Below are positions 26,700 to 39,674 of a stretch of 64,000 nt of DNA, piece after piece. Made by a program: the position numbers and the translations under genes. Numbering within the stretch: the first letter of the stretch is position 1; each line of letters begins with the position of its first letter. The notes under the pieces are model-generated. The model ran no database searches. It was not told where the DNA came from and saw only the letters and a list, made by a program, of their open reading frames with translations. Source of the DNA: Octopus bimaculoides (taxonomy: Eukaryota); contig NC_068983.1 of NCBI RefSeq assembly GCF_001194135.2, positions 67,017,245 to 67,081,244 on the forward strand, in the 5' to 3' direction.

Positions 26700-27255
26700 C
26701 AAGTGCCCAGATGATTCCTTAGAAGTGTTTGAAACCTTTTGCAACTTAGGTGAACAAATTTACAGTGAGAAGGGATGTTCCAACAATGTGGTAGATAGAA
26801 TGGGTTGGAGAAAGTCTTTGGAGCTATTGCTTTTGCTGCCTTGTACATCAAGAAAAAGGACAGACTCTATGATGCTTTGGTGTGAAGTGTGCTGCTGCAC
26901 AGTAGTGAGATTTGAGCCTTAAGTGTGGAAAGCCTGTGAAAGCTTCAAAAAAGTGACATGAACATGCTTTGCTGGATGTGCCATGTTAGTGTACATCATT
27001 GACAAATATAAATAAGCGGAGAGATGAACTAGGTATAAGAAGAATCAGTTGTATTGTGGAATAAAGGTGACTGTGCTGGTATAGGTATATTATGTGAAAG
27101 AAGGATGACAGTTGTATAAACAACTTCCTAACATTCCAAGTGAATGGTACCTGAGAAAGAGAGAGACCATAGAAGACTTGGAATGAAATAGTGAAAAATG
27201 ATCTCAAGAGGTTATTTCTGATGAAGGAGATGACTGAAAACTATGCTGATTGGTA
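26700..27255 (+). mobile_element. Degenerate RTE LINE 3' ORF2 fragment, same family as 31892-33630
   Basis: LEVFETFCNLGEQI...GWRKSLELL...RLYDAL...SVLLHSSEI...MLCWMCHVSVH parallels 32730-33290, with many indels. Confidence 0.85.
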
Positions 27256-28084
27256 ATACAGATGCTGCAAAAAACTCAACCACCTGTGCAAGCTTGGTGA
27301 ATGCAACCCTCTTTTTGCTGTGCCTCTGTACCCTTTAAGTATGTGATCCCATACATCTACTACCTATCATCTATTCCATAACTGCTCGTCCCATGACCAT
27401 CTACTATAACTGCTCTGTTCATTCTGTACCCACTCATCTCCTCTAGTTACAGTGCTGTGACACCTGTAATTAAGAGGGAAGTACTTGATTTGTTCATATC
27501 AATTATCTCCACATATCCCCACCACCTGTATCCTGTTACTTCTACTTTTTCAGACATTGTAAGTCATGATTCTTTAATGAGGAGGGATTTTATGCTGACA
27601 ACCCTTACCCACCCTTCCTGACTCTCTTATCACCATGGACGTGTTACCTCCAGGATTAACCTTAGCTTTCTATCATCATTTTGTCTATCTCTCCTCGTAC
27701 CATTCTATCTACCCATATATACACATACATAGGGTAGCGCTGCATCTCCTACTCAACCCTTTCATCCTCCTTCCTCACTGCTCCTTTGCACTTAGCCTCT
27801 CTAACCCATGAATTGTTCTTTTTTTCCTTGTCTGTATCTGGTACTTCCTTCCTTAACACAATTTCCTCAATTCTTTTCTCCATTTCCATTCTCTCACAAT
27901 AAATCTGTCCTTTCCATCAGTATGCTTTCTTTTGCTTTGCCAGTTATAAGACAATTTCCAACAATGCTGGTGCCACAAAATACACTCAATACACTCTAAG
28001 CATTTGGTAATAGATCCAAACACCAACCATACAGGGTTTGAGATAGCTCTTTAGTCTAGTTGATGGCAAGGCAACCAGTATAAT

Positions 28085-28265
28085 ACTACTGCCATTAAAA
28101 TTACATCTAGTTACACAGTGTAAAATGAGTGGCATTAGGAAGGGTACCAGCCATAGAAACCATTTCAAAATTCAGACACTAGAGGAAGAGTTGGTCCATC
28201 TTTTGGTGAATCCTGTCAAGCTGTTCTATACATGCCAGCCTGGAAAACAGACATAAAATGATAAC
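28085..28265 (+). mobile_element. Degenerate retroposon 3' tail
   Basis: ggcattaggaagggtaccagccatagaaacc...catgccagcctggaaaacagacataaaatgat. Confidence 0.7.
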
Positions 28266-29665
28266 AGTGATATATATTACTTAAAATATTTATCACATAT
28301 ATTACTTAGATAAAAATCATAAATATTTTCTCTTCTTAATTATGTTTCAGTAAACATTAACTATAAACCAATCTATCAACTGTGTGTGGTATTTTTTATC
28401 TTCATAATGTTCCTTAAACTGAAATTTAAACAGATCATAGTGAAAGAGGTTATTTGGAATACATCAACAACTAATCATGTGCATCTGAAATTTTACTTTT
28501 CTTTCTTTCTGCCAGAAATTTTTTTGGCAATTATTGCAAAAATGGCTTCACAATATTGTGTTCCTCCATATATATTGACCAAATTTCTCCTATATATTGA
28601 CCAAGGTTGTTTCTTTTATGCTTCTGAGCTTTTGTGATCTCTGTTGCTTTCTAAAATTTAAATGTTTGCCACAGTGACCTTTTGACATTTTTAAACTACG
28701 TTTTGTGTTGAAAGTTTTCATCAGACACTGCTAGAAAAATGAATTCATCAGAATATAAATGTTACCAAATATGTCCAGTCTTGATGTTCAAGTGTCCACA
28801 CATGCACATAGACTGAGTCGTTCATTTACTCAATAAGTTATAGGGTAAAAATCTTTAACTGCACTTTTGGTTTGAGGAGGAAGCAGAGAGATGGAATTTA
28901 TTAGATTCATGGTTGGGAACTGTCCTAATCTAAATAACATCATATTGCTAGTAGTTTCAATTCTTTTATTTTTATATCTGAAAATTTAATCATTTGTTAT
29001 AAGAATATTAAATGTTTTATTCTACTTAACTCTTAATTACTTATCTGTAAAACTTAACTAGAACTATGCTTGCTTTTCTCACTCCATCAATTGTTACTGT
29101 ATTTAAATATATATTTATCATTTCTTCTCTCTCCATCTATTTCTTTCTTTCTAATTAAATTTTCCTGATACTTAGTTACAGTAGAATCTAATTTAACTGT
29201 AATTATTTTCAAATCCTCTTTTTCCATCTCTCTTTATTTTATCTTCTTAACTCATTCATCCTTGCTTCCTATTTTATCTGTCCTCCGGCATTATTTCACA
29301 CCTAATAGTATATAAGAGATGCTGTAAGATCTTTTCTGTATTCAAAAACAGCAGGAGGAATGTCAATGGCAAATAATGGAAACTGAGTCAAACTTATAAC
29401 TGGTGCAAAATCAATAAACATGTACCAGGTGACAATTGATTGGTGCCACTACTACATACAAATAATTGTCAGTCAAGAATAGTAGCATTGATGCAGCTCA
29501 AATTCATACCATTCTTAGTAGAAGATATTCTCTATAAGATGACACTTGAGAGAATTTTTAGAATTAGCTGTTCTTATTTAGCTATCACTTGATAAAGTTG
29601 ACTTGAAAGTGGATGTCCTTTCTATGAAAGGAAAGCATAGAAAGTTTTTTTGTATACCCATTTCA

Positions 29666-29940
29666 CATCATCATAGTCGTTGTTTAACATCTGCTTTACA
29701 TGCTGGCATGGGTTGGACAGTTTGACAGAGAACTGGCAGGCCAGAAGGCTGTACCAGGCTCCAATTTGATCTGGCAAGGTTTCTACAGCTGGATGCCCTT
29801 CCTAATGCCAACCACTCTGAGAGTGTAGTGGGTGCTTTTTACGTGCCACCAGCATGAAGGCCAGTCAGATGGTACTGGCATCGACCACGCTTGAATGGTG
29901 CTTTTTATGTGCATGGGAGCTTGTCAGGCGGCACTGGCAT
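29666..29940 (-). mobile_element. RTE 3'UTR/tail copy
   Basis: catcatcat...catgctggcatgggttggac...gctggatgcccttcctaatgcc...cgtgccacc subrepeats. Confidence 0.9.
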
Positions 29941-31309
29941 ATTTTTCTTCTCTCTATTGCTAAATTGTGCTTACTTTTACATTGTCTATGTGGCATAAAA
30001 ATAATCTAATAATTTAATTTGAAGCAACAATTACATGACAACTAACATACTGCTGGACTGGTCATAAATAGATATGTATTAAGATAGAAATATACTCTGA
30101 GATAATTAATTTAAGTTATATTCATGAACTCAGTGGTGAATTGTTAGACTTGAATCTTTTTGCCAAAATGTCCTTAAATTTTCAGAATTAAGTATAAGAG
30201 CTAGCTGGCAACTGTTTGTTTATTTAACTAAAGAATGGAATAAAATTAAAAGGGGAGTGACAACCTACATTCAAGGTTCATGAGATATGTTGTTGAAATA
30301 TTGAACTACTAGATAATAAGTTATTTACCAAACATTATTGTCACCTCTACATTATATCTTTGAATATTTCCATTTTTCATATTACTCCAAAAGCTTAACA
30401 TCTCCAGGTTGGTAGTTTGCTTGGTGTTCTGTATGGGAAATCTCTGGCTTTTCTCTTCTTCACAATAAATGTCTTTTGACCTGTAATGTGCACTTCCTTT
30501 TATTCTTCTTTCAATAATTCATAATCATTGACAATGATGAGATAAATTTGAAACTTTTTCTGTGTTCATATTTTCACTAATGAATGATTAAAATAATATT
30601 AATTATTCATTTATCAGTTTTGTATTATCTCCAGTTGCAATATTTATGTATTAGATTATGGTATAGTTATAGTGTTTTGATTATAATTGTACTAATATAG
30701 ACACAAGTATCTCCCACATTTTAGAAGAGTAGCATCTATAAAAATTTTGCAGTAACATAGAATTTAGTAACACAAATCATATTTTCCTATTGACTTCCAT
30801 GTCAAGAGGAAAAAGAGCTTTCATTTTATAAAGTTATTTAAATGAATTAAAATTGCCTCTATCCGTTTTTAAATCCTATATACTAAGAACTTGTTATATA
30901 ACTTAACTGCTATACATATTAGCTTTAAACTAGGATTTATCTTGACTTAAAACTGTCTTTGAGTTTATGTAAAATAATACCACTGAAAGCTAACCAATAT
31001 ATGGAAACTGTGAAATGCTTGGTTCTTTACTTGAAACTTTTAATGGGAGAAATTTAGTGAAATACTTCTCAATGTAGTAATCTCTATTCATATTTTAGTC
31101 TGTGTATTTATTTAAATTGAAGGGAACTTTTATTATACCGTATCTACTTCATAGTTGTGGATTATAAGTGCTAATACATACATGCATATACATATTCATT
31201 CATTCATTCTGCAATGTATGGGGATGCTTGCACATATGCAAGATAGATCTTCAATCCATACCACTCATATAACTAATTCTGCGTGTTATCTATTTATCTG
31301 CCTGTCTGT

Positions 31310-31322
31310 CTATCTCTCTCTC

Positions 31323-31370
<48 letters not shown>

Positions 31371-31398
31371 NNNNNNNNNNNNNNNNNNNNNNNNNNNN

Positions 31399-31459
<61 letters not shown>

Positions 31460-31460
31460 G
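31310..31460. repeat. (CT)n and (TA)n microsatellites around a gap
   Basis: Direct reading of the sequence. Confidence 0.95.
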
Positions 31461-31891
31461 TATACACCTTGAATTCCTTAAGGAATGGTACTAAAATAGT
31501 TTTTCATTGACTTTTAGGAAGTGGGAAATGTAAATGAGTTTTATTTCTTTTTCATTTAATCTAATTATACAGAAGAGCGGAGTCATAGCCTGAACTTGAA
31601 CCTGTGTTGTCCACTGAAATCAGTTTACTACCCTGTAGTCCTAATGCAAGATACATTTCAACAGAATTATCAACATCATTTTACTGCACTTAACAGATAT
31701 AATTTTTTCTTCATTTATTCAGGTTTTATTTATATATCTATTCATTTAATTTTTAATAAATCCATATTATGAATGTTTGGAAGAGTTATTGCTTTCTACC
31801 TTGGGTCATTTCCTCTAACAAATACATAGACAACTAGACTTTTATTTTTTTAATTAAAAACAGTTTCCTGACCCAACAGTTTGATACCCTT

Positions 31892-33630
31892 ATAGAAATA
31901 ACTACAGGGGTATCAAACTGCTGGATCAGGTGATGAAGGTCAAGGAGAGGGTCATAGCCCAACTAATTAAGGAGAGAGTCTGCTTAGATGAGATGCAGTT
32001 TGGTTTTGTGTCACGTAGAAGCACCACCGATGCTGTATTCCTGGTACAGCAACAGCAGGAGAAATACCTAGCCACAGATAAACCCCTATACTTCACTTTT
32101 GTTGACTTGGAGAAAGCCTTTGACAGGGTCCCCTGATACATTATCTGGTGGGTGGTGCAGAAACTGGGGATTGATGAATAGTTAATAAGAACTGTATAGG
32201 CCTTGTACAGGGATGCCGTTAGTAAGGTAAGGGTTGGCAATGAGTATAGTGAAGAATTCCAGGTAGAAGTAGGGGTTCACCAAGGATCAGCCCTCAGCCC
32301 CCTCTTATTCATTATAGTCCTCCAGGCAATAACAGTGGAATTCAAGACAGGCTGCCCCTGGGAGCTTTTCTATGCTGATAACCTTGCTCTCATAGCAGAA
32401 TCACTACCAGAACTAGAGAAGAAATTTCAAGTGTGAAAGCAAGGTTTAGAATCAAAGGGCCTTTGAGTCAATGTTGCAAAAACCAAAGTTCTAGTAAGTA
32501 GGAAGGCAAACACATCATGAACCCCTTCAGGTAGATGGCCCTGCTTGATCTGTAGAAAAGGTGTAGGTAGAAACTCCATGAGACGTACCTAGTGTAAGCT
32601 ATGGATGCATAAGAGGTGCAGCAACATCAAAGGAAGGTTTACCGGGATGATAGCTTTTGTGTGCAGCAAATGCACAGGGGCAATAAACACCACAGATGCT
32701 TAGAAAACTGATTCCATAACATGCCAGGGGAAGAAACTAGAAGTAGTTGATAGCTTCTGCTACCAAGGTGACAAAGTCTGTAGTGGGGGTGGAGGTTCAA
32801 AGAGCATTGCCACTAGAATAAGAATAGCCTGGACAAAGTTCAAAAAGCTCCTACCTCTACTGGTGACAAAGGGCCTCTTGCTCAGAGTGAAAGGTAGATT
32901 GTATGATGCATGTGTGCGAACTGCCATGCTACACAGAAGTGAAATATGGGCCGTAACTGTTGAAGACATGTGTAGGCTCAAAAGAAATTAAACTAGTATG
33001 ATCTGCTGGATGTGTAATGTCAGTGTTCACACATGACAGAGTGTATGCACTCTGAGAGAAATGTTGGACATAAGAAGCATCAGAGGTGCTGTGCAAGAGA
33101 GATGATTGTGCTGGTATAGTCATGTGCTATGTATGGATGAGGAGAGCTGTACCCAGAAGTGTCACTCCCTAACAGTGGAAGGAACCCATGGAAGAGAGAG
33201 ACCCAGGAAGACATGGTATGAGGTGAAGCATGACCTTCGAACGTTGAGCCTCAAAGAGGCAATGACAAAAGACTGAGACCTCTAGAGATATGCTGTGATT
33301 GAGAAGACCCAGCAAAGAAGACCCACCAGTGTCACATAACCAGCCTTTTTAAAAAGCCCCCCCCCCTATCCTGACTGGTTCTTGTGCCGGTGGCATGTAA
33401 AAAGCACCATCCAAACGTGGCTGATGCCAGTGCCACCTGACTGGCTCCCATGCTGTTGGCATGTCAAAAGCACCCACTACACTCTCGGAGTGTTTGGCAT
33501 TAAGAAGGGTATCCAGCTGTAGAAACATTGCCAGCTTGAAGCCTGGTGCAGCCTCCTGGCTCTCCAGTCCCCAGTCAAACCATCCAACCCATGCCAGCAT
33601 GGAAAACAGACGTTAAACAATGATGATGAT
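31892..33630 (+). mobile_element. 5'-truncated RTE-clade LINE: reverse transcriptase pseudogene, PHD-like insert, 3'UTR and (GAT)n tail
   Basis: Single frame from 31894: RNNYRGIKLLDQVMKV...QFGFV...FVDLEKAFDRVP...GVHQGSALSPLLF...FYADNLAL...VNVAKTKVL...RPRKTW...EKTQQ. Many stops, no frameshift. 3'UTR 33320-33630 ends in aatgatgatgatg. Confidence 0.97.
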
Positions 33631-34075
33631 GACAGTATATTTGATTGAAAATTACTCTTACAAAATCACACATTACTGACTATTTTGTTTCCAACTAATT
33701 ATTCAAGAATTCAGCTTATTATCCAAGGACTACGTGGACTATGTATTAACACAAAAATATTTTTCTAAAGTATTTAACTAAGTGAAATTTTCCTAATTCT
33801 ATAGTATATATTTTCATATACCTTCTATAACATATGAGGATATAATCCCACCCTCATTTTTATTAAAATTTAGACCTGAATTGCCACAACAAACTCTCTC
33901 ACAAATTAAATTAATTTCTTCATTATACATTAATTACTTTATAATTAATTACATTTGTAGAGGTCTATTTTAAATAGGGCAATATTAATTAAACTATATT
34001 CATATTATAGAAATTCTATTCTTATAGCTGTCTCAAAGGCAACAAAAACACTCTCTCCCTATCTTGTTTGCTTTT

Positions 34076-34162
34076 TCTCTCTCTTCTTCTCTTTCTCTCT
34101 TCATCTCTCTCTCTCTTGATCTCTCTCTCTCTTCTTCTTCTTCTTCTTCTTCTTCTTCTTCG
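34076..34162. repeat. (CT)n/(TCT)n microsatellite
   Basis: Direct reading of the sequence. Confidence 0.9.
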
Positions 34163-35411
34163 TCTCTACTTTTTATTCTCACCCATTATCCTGTATCATT
34201 GAATTTAGACAATGAACCTATGAACTATATATCCAATAAATGCACCTCAGTGAAGGAACTCAATGTATATCGTTCCATAACAATGTATAGTGATTAAAGA
34301 AAAGCAATACCAAAAACAATGCCGACATCCACACAAGGGGATATAATTTTGTACTTTAAAAGTAACTATTATTACATTCTCTATAGCAACACTGTCAGAG
34401 ACTTCATATATTGCTCTGCATCTCTCAGTTGGGAAGTTTTACTTTCTCTACTCCAACCTATGAAAACCAATTAACTTTTCTCTATACTATAGTCTAACTC
34501 AGCTGCGTTTTTTTTTTTTTTTATCATTATTCAATATTTTGAAGAATTACAAAAATGTCATTTGTTGTTAAGTTTTATTAAAACAGCATATATTGGGAAA
34601 ACATAAAGCACAAGAAAATCATCAGGTAGTATAAAACGTGTTTATATGAATCAAATTTATATATAAAATTTCATTGAAAGTAGAAAGTTTTGAATTTAAT
34701 GAGGAAAAAATTAGAAAATTGTGTTGCACAGTATTTACATCCCATTCTTGGTTTCTCCTCATGCATTCTTCTTCATTCTTCTGTTCTTTCCCATCTTACT
34801 GTAAATTTGTATTTGCTGCTACCATTCTTTCTTATATTCCCTAGTTTTGTGTTTTTCAATATTTTTCTTCTCTGATTATCTTCAATATTTTACAAAACCA
34901 TCCACCCCATGATATATATCTTATGAGAGAAACACTCCTATTTTACTTTCATACAGAATCCATGTGAACTCAACAGACAAGTCATAAGATCCTGAAAAGA
35001 TACCCCTAATTGTTCTTTATTTCTACATTAACCTTATACTTAGATTTCTGAAAAGTAGCTTGCTATTTTGAATAATTTGTTTTGTTTGTATCTGGGATAT
35101 GTTTATATGGTATACTCATTTTATATCATTAGTAAAGGATGTACATTCTTCTTCATCACCTCACTGTTAAATTCTTAATTGCTACTCTGAAGAAATTGTT
35201 GTACAACTTACAGATGAATATTGATTTAATATGCAATAAAGGTTGCATTATTATAAATTTGCATACATATTTGTGTGCACACATACATGCACAACAATAA
35301 GTATGGTCCTATTGATTCTTGTACATGACTGACACAGCTATGAAGTAGCTTATTGAAATCTCTTTATATATATCATCATCATCTTAATCATCATCATATA
35401 TATATACATGT

Positions 35412-35560
35412 ATATCATCATCATTTAGCATCTGTTTTTGGGACTGGTAAACTGGAGAGCTGTTCCATGCTCCAGTCTGATTTAGCTTGGTTTCTATGGC
35501 TGGATGCCCTTCCTAATGCCAACCACTCCAAGAATGTAGTGGTTGCCTTTTACGGGTCAA
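35412..35560 (-). mobile_element. Degenerate RTE 3' tail copy
   Basis: catcatcatttagcatctg...ggctggatgcccttcctaatgccaaccactcc. Confidence 0.85.
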
Positions 35561-37255
35561 TGACTCAGTGCCTTTTACATCACACATACACATACACCCA
35601 CCCACAGTGAGTGTGTGTGTTCATGTGAATGTAATCAACTGTAAGACATTGTCGTTACTACTTGTACATGTCTCATGAATATATTTGTCTAGGCCTCTAC
35701 ATATGATTTTATTTAGGAGTATGTGCTTATATTATTGAAGAGGGCATACATTTGTCTTTATAATTCTACTTTAGGGAAACATTTAGAAGAATTGAAATAG
35801 ACCAGACCATTTTAAGATCATCTCTACAAAGAACATGTTATTGAACATAACTGTTATTCATACAGGTTCTAAACTTGATTTTATATTGACTTGAGGCAGA
35901 GTTCATGTGACACAGCACAGTGATGAAAGCTGTCCAGTGCTAGAAAACTAAGATACGCTTTGTTTTGCTATTTGAAATTTGTAATTGATGAAATTTAGTG
36001 TAGTAATCTCTTTTCATATATTAGTCTGTATTGAAACTGATTATCACATGGGAACTTCCATACATAACTGCTCTAGAGTTGTGAATTATATTTTGCATTT
36101 TGGTAAATGTTGATTTCATAACTATACTTATAGATAAAAATTTATCTATAAAGATAGATGTGAAATCAGCAACATTTACTATGAGTTGCTCATACACACA
36201 TGCTTTTAAATGTACTGATATGTTCATAGATTGCTTTCTATAGTTTTCAAACCAGACAAAATATTGGTTTTATGTCAATCAATGTTTGGCTTATACTGAT
36301 TAAGTTACTGACTTTAGCATTGGCAAATAGGGATCTGAAAGTTGATAAAATCAAATACTTGGTTCATAGAATGACTCATGCATTTAAAAAAGATATATTT
36401 TATAGTCTAAATTAATATCAGAAGAGAACAGTTAGAATCCAAAGAAGTCTATTATGAAAAGATTATTATAGATAGAAAGTTTCTGTATATGTTTATCATT
36501 TTAATTTTAATTTCCTTTCATTCTTTCCCTTCAGTGTTCAATAATCACTATAATGGGATTTTTCTTTTGATAGCTATATAGATTATTTAGTTTTATTTGA
36601 TAAACTCAATTGTTAGTGTAACATCTATTTTATTTTCTATCCCTGTTTTTTACATTAATTTCTTTCTGTTCCTCAGATTTAACCTCCTTTATCAGATTAC
36701 TACAATTCTGTTTAGATTCTTAATGATGTTCAAATCAATCTTCAATGTGAACACTTTAGTCTATTTAAAACAACAGTGTCGCAATATCTCCTAGTTTGGC
36801 TTTTGCATCTTTAGAATCTTTTGTGGCAACATACAGGAAGCTCTCTGTATATTATTCATAATATTACTTTTATATGTACCCTTATATAAATGAAATCATG
36901 CAAATTAGAAATACCATAGATATTTCATAGCTTATTTTGAAAACTCTAAAATTATTAGAAGTTTATAGAGAACCATGAAATTGGATTTTTTCTGAAAATC
37001 TAACTCTTGAAGCATTGTAAAGTTCACCGAGGTGGTACCAAAAGTATGATTTTAGGGGAGAACAGCTTTGAAAACTGTATTCTTTAATGTACACTTGTTT
37101 CCTGTTCTACCTTGAAAACTGTTTTTATAATTTCATAATTCCTTCAAGATGTAAATAATCATTACAAAGTAACAAAATGGATGACTACTATATGCTTATG
37201 TTGATAATGATGATTAGCAGTGGTAGCAGCTGCTTTTATTATTATCATCATTATT

Positions 37256-37468
37256 AAGGTAGTGAGCTGGCAGAATCATTAGCACACTGAGCAAAATGCT
37301 TAGCAGTATTTCATCTGCTACAACGTTCTGAGTTCAAATTCCATCGAGGTTGACTTTACCTTTCATCCTTTCGGGATCAATAAATTAAGTACCAGTGAAA
37401 TACTGGAGTCAATGTAATTGACTCATCCCCTCCCCCAAAATGGCTGTCCTTGTGGAAAAATTTGAAGC

Positions 37469-37508
<40 letters not shown>
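37256..37508 (+). mobile_element. tRNA-derived SINE with (ATT)n tail
   Basis: aaggtagtgagctggcagaatcattagc head, B-box gagttcaaattcc, core ctttcatcctttcgggatcaataaattaagtaccag, (att)n at 37470-37508. Confidence 0.9.
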
Positions 37509-37509
37509 G

Positions 37510-37895
37510 CTTTTGCACAGCTTCTAATGCTGGAGATGTACTACAGTGTTGCTGTTCACTATCAGTGAACTAAGGTAACACCTCTTATTTTTCAAGCACT
37601 TTCCAGAGTATTTGAGCGGTTCCAAGCAGTGCTGTTTTCTGCAAGTGCTCCATCCTTATTGCAGCCCCTATTTCTTCCACGTACTTCTTGAGACTTTTGC
37701 TCACTGTTCCCAGGGCTCCGACAATTATTGGTACTACTGCTACCTTTTTCATCGACCACAACAACTTAACCTCCCAAGCTAACCTGCCATATCTCTCGAC
37801 TTTTCTTTCTTCCTTATCGCATACCTTGGTGTCAGCTGGGTATGTTATGTCTATGATCCAGCATAGTTTGTTTTCTTTCTCAACAAACAAAATAA
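37510..37895 (-). mobile_element. R4/Dong-like non-LTR element, RLE endonuclease C-terminus and 3'UTR
   Basis: Open frame 37585-37890: WIIDITYPADTKVCDKEERKVERY...LWSMKKVAVVPIIVGALG...LQKTALLGTAQILWKVL*. Confidence 0.9.
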
Positions 37896-38150
37896 TATAG
37901 ATAATGTCCTCAATTTTGTTCCATAGTTAAAATCGTTTACTTCTCGTTGTGAAGTGTAAAATAATTCATAACAATCTATGAAGAAGAAAATGTGAAAATA
38001 TAGCTTTGATAGATGTTGTTTCTTAAGATTACACCTTCAATGCTATCTATGTGGGTTGTTATACCATCTCAAGGATCATATGCTTCAGAAAAATATACAA
38101 TTCCATCTTTCAATTTTTTTGAATAATCACGGATTTTCCATGAGTACTGT

Positions 38151-38152
38151 TA

Positions 38153-38190
<38 letters not shown>

Positions 38191-38222
38191 AAAGACAGTG
38201 AACTGGCAGAATCGTTAGCATA
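38151..38222 (+). mobile_element. (ATT)n run followed by a truncated head of the 37256-type SINE
   Basis: aaagacagtgaactggcagaatcgttagca. Confidence 0.75.
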
Positions 38223-38224
38223 CA

Positions 38225-39025
38225 TTGGCAGGTATGCCAATGTTTATGACCTTGGTTTCTTTCAACATTGCATCAACTACAACTATGTTTGGTCTCTGAG
38301 CATCAATTACTGAATCACACTGGATTGTAAAATCCCACAAGATCTTATGCTCATTATTCTTGGTGACACTTTCTGACTTATACTATTTCAATGTCTTTCA
38401 AAGACCATATTTCTCATATAATCTCCGTAAGCATACTTAGCTACATTATCATGCTTACTTTTGTATTTCTTTTGTGTCAGTTTGCTACACTCACAATATG
38501 TGAGACTGCTTCATTTTTGCTGTCACATATCCTTGAAAGGGGCCATTCACTGCTCTTATTTATTTGGAACTTGATTACTTAGTTCTCAGAACTTGTTCCT
38601 GAATACTGCATATTGGTGCCTTAGTTCATCCTTTCAGATCACTTTTCCTAAGCTACCTCCAGTTGTTCGTCTTGTCTTTCTCTTCCATCCCTTCCATTTT
38701 TTAGGTATTGCTCTTGCATCAATTTCATTTTCCTTTTGTTCAGTCTTTGTTCTCCATCTTGTTTCTTAAATACTTGTGGGTGTGTTACATTTTCACTAGG
38801 TATCGTGTTGCTGTTTCTAACTGCCACCACCAAAGATCCAATCTGCTGTTTAACATACCATCTCAGACTGTTTTCCTCATTAGCAATACAGATCTTGCAA
38901 CCTATGAGACCTCTTCCTTTCTTGTTTCTATGTACATATAGTCAATAGATATCACTTTTAGGGTGCAGTCCTTTGTTCACTGTCTTTTTCTATGTATCTC
39001 TTCAAGCTCATTCTTTGTCCATCGA
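38225..39025 (-). mobile_element. Second R4/Dong-like fragment (post-RT region, zinc knuckle, start of RLE), degenerate
   Basis: Broken translation LHPKSD..LYVHRNKKGRGLIG...LRKSDLKG..APICSIQEQVLRT...PLSRIC..KNEAVSHIVS..CSKLTQKKYKSKHDNVA...KILWDFTIQCDSVIDAQRPNIVVVD. Confidence 0.88.
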
Positions 39026-39674
39026 ATTTTTTTATATTTAATTTTATTTAATAATTTTTATTTTGTTATCATTTTTAATTTCATTTGATTTTCTATTTTA
39101 TTTAATTTTCTAACTGAAGAAGGGAAAAAGTCTTGGAATTTCAATTAAAACCCTCAAAATCTTACTGACAGAAACTTTCACAAAATAACTACTCTGATGC
39201 CTTATTACATAGGAATATCTAAGAGGACTTTTGTGGTCTACCATGCTCTGGGATCATATTTTACTGCATAGTGTTAGGCTTGTGACCATCAAATAAGTAA
39301 TTTATATTCAGTTTTCTGACCTACTTTTATCATTCTCAAAGTTTTGCTGTTGGTGGCATGCAGTGTACTTGGTAAACATGGGTAACTTCCTTAGTCTTTT
39401 ATTAAAAGGAATTTTACACAAGTTATTTTGTTGTGTATATTTACTTCACACTTCATATATGTTGTGCTGGTCTGCATATGCCCATGTGTACAGATGCAAC
39501 CTTATGTACACATGTTGTCTTGAAATAAAAATATTATCCCTGGAAGCTACTTCATATTCAATATCACTTTCACTTGTCAGTAAGATTAGTGTATAAAATC
39601 TAAGGTCACGAATTTCATTGATAAAATACACTGAAAAGAACATTTACTTTTCACACTGTGAAAATAGTAAACAT

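Noticed and set aside
27554-27558. Apparent 5-nt microexon (tttttcag|acatt|gtaagt)
   Set aside because: Lies in pyrimidine-rich decayed sequence where such motifs arise by chance; no other support.
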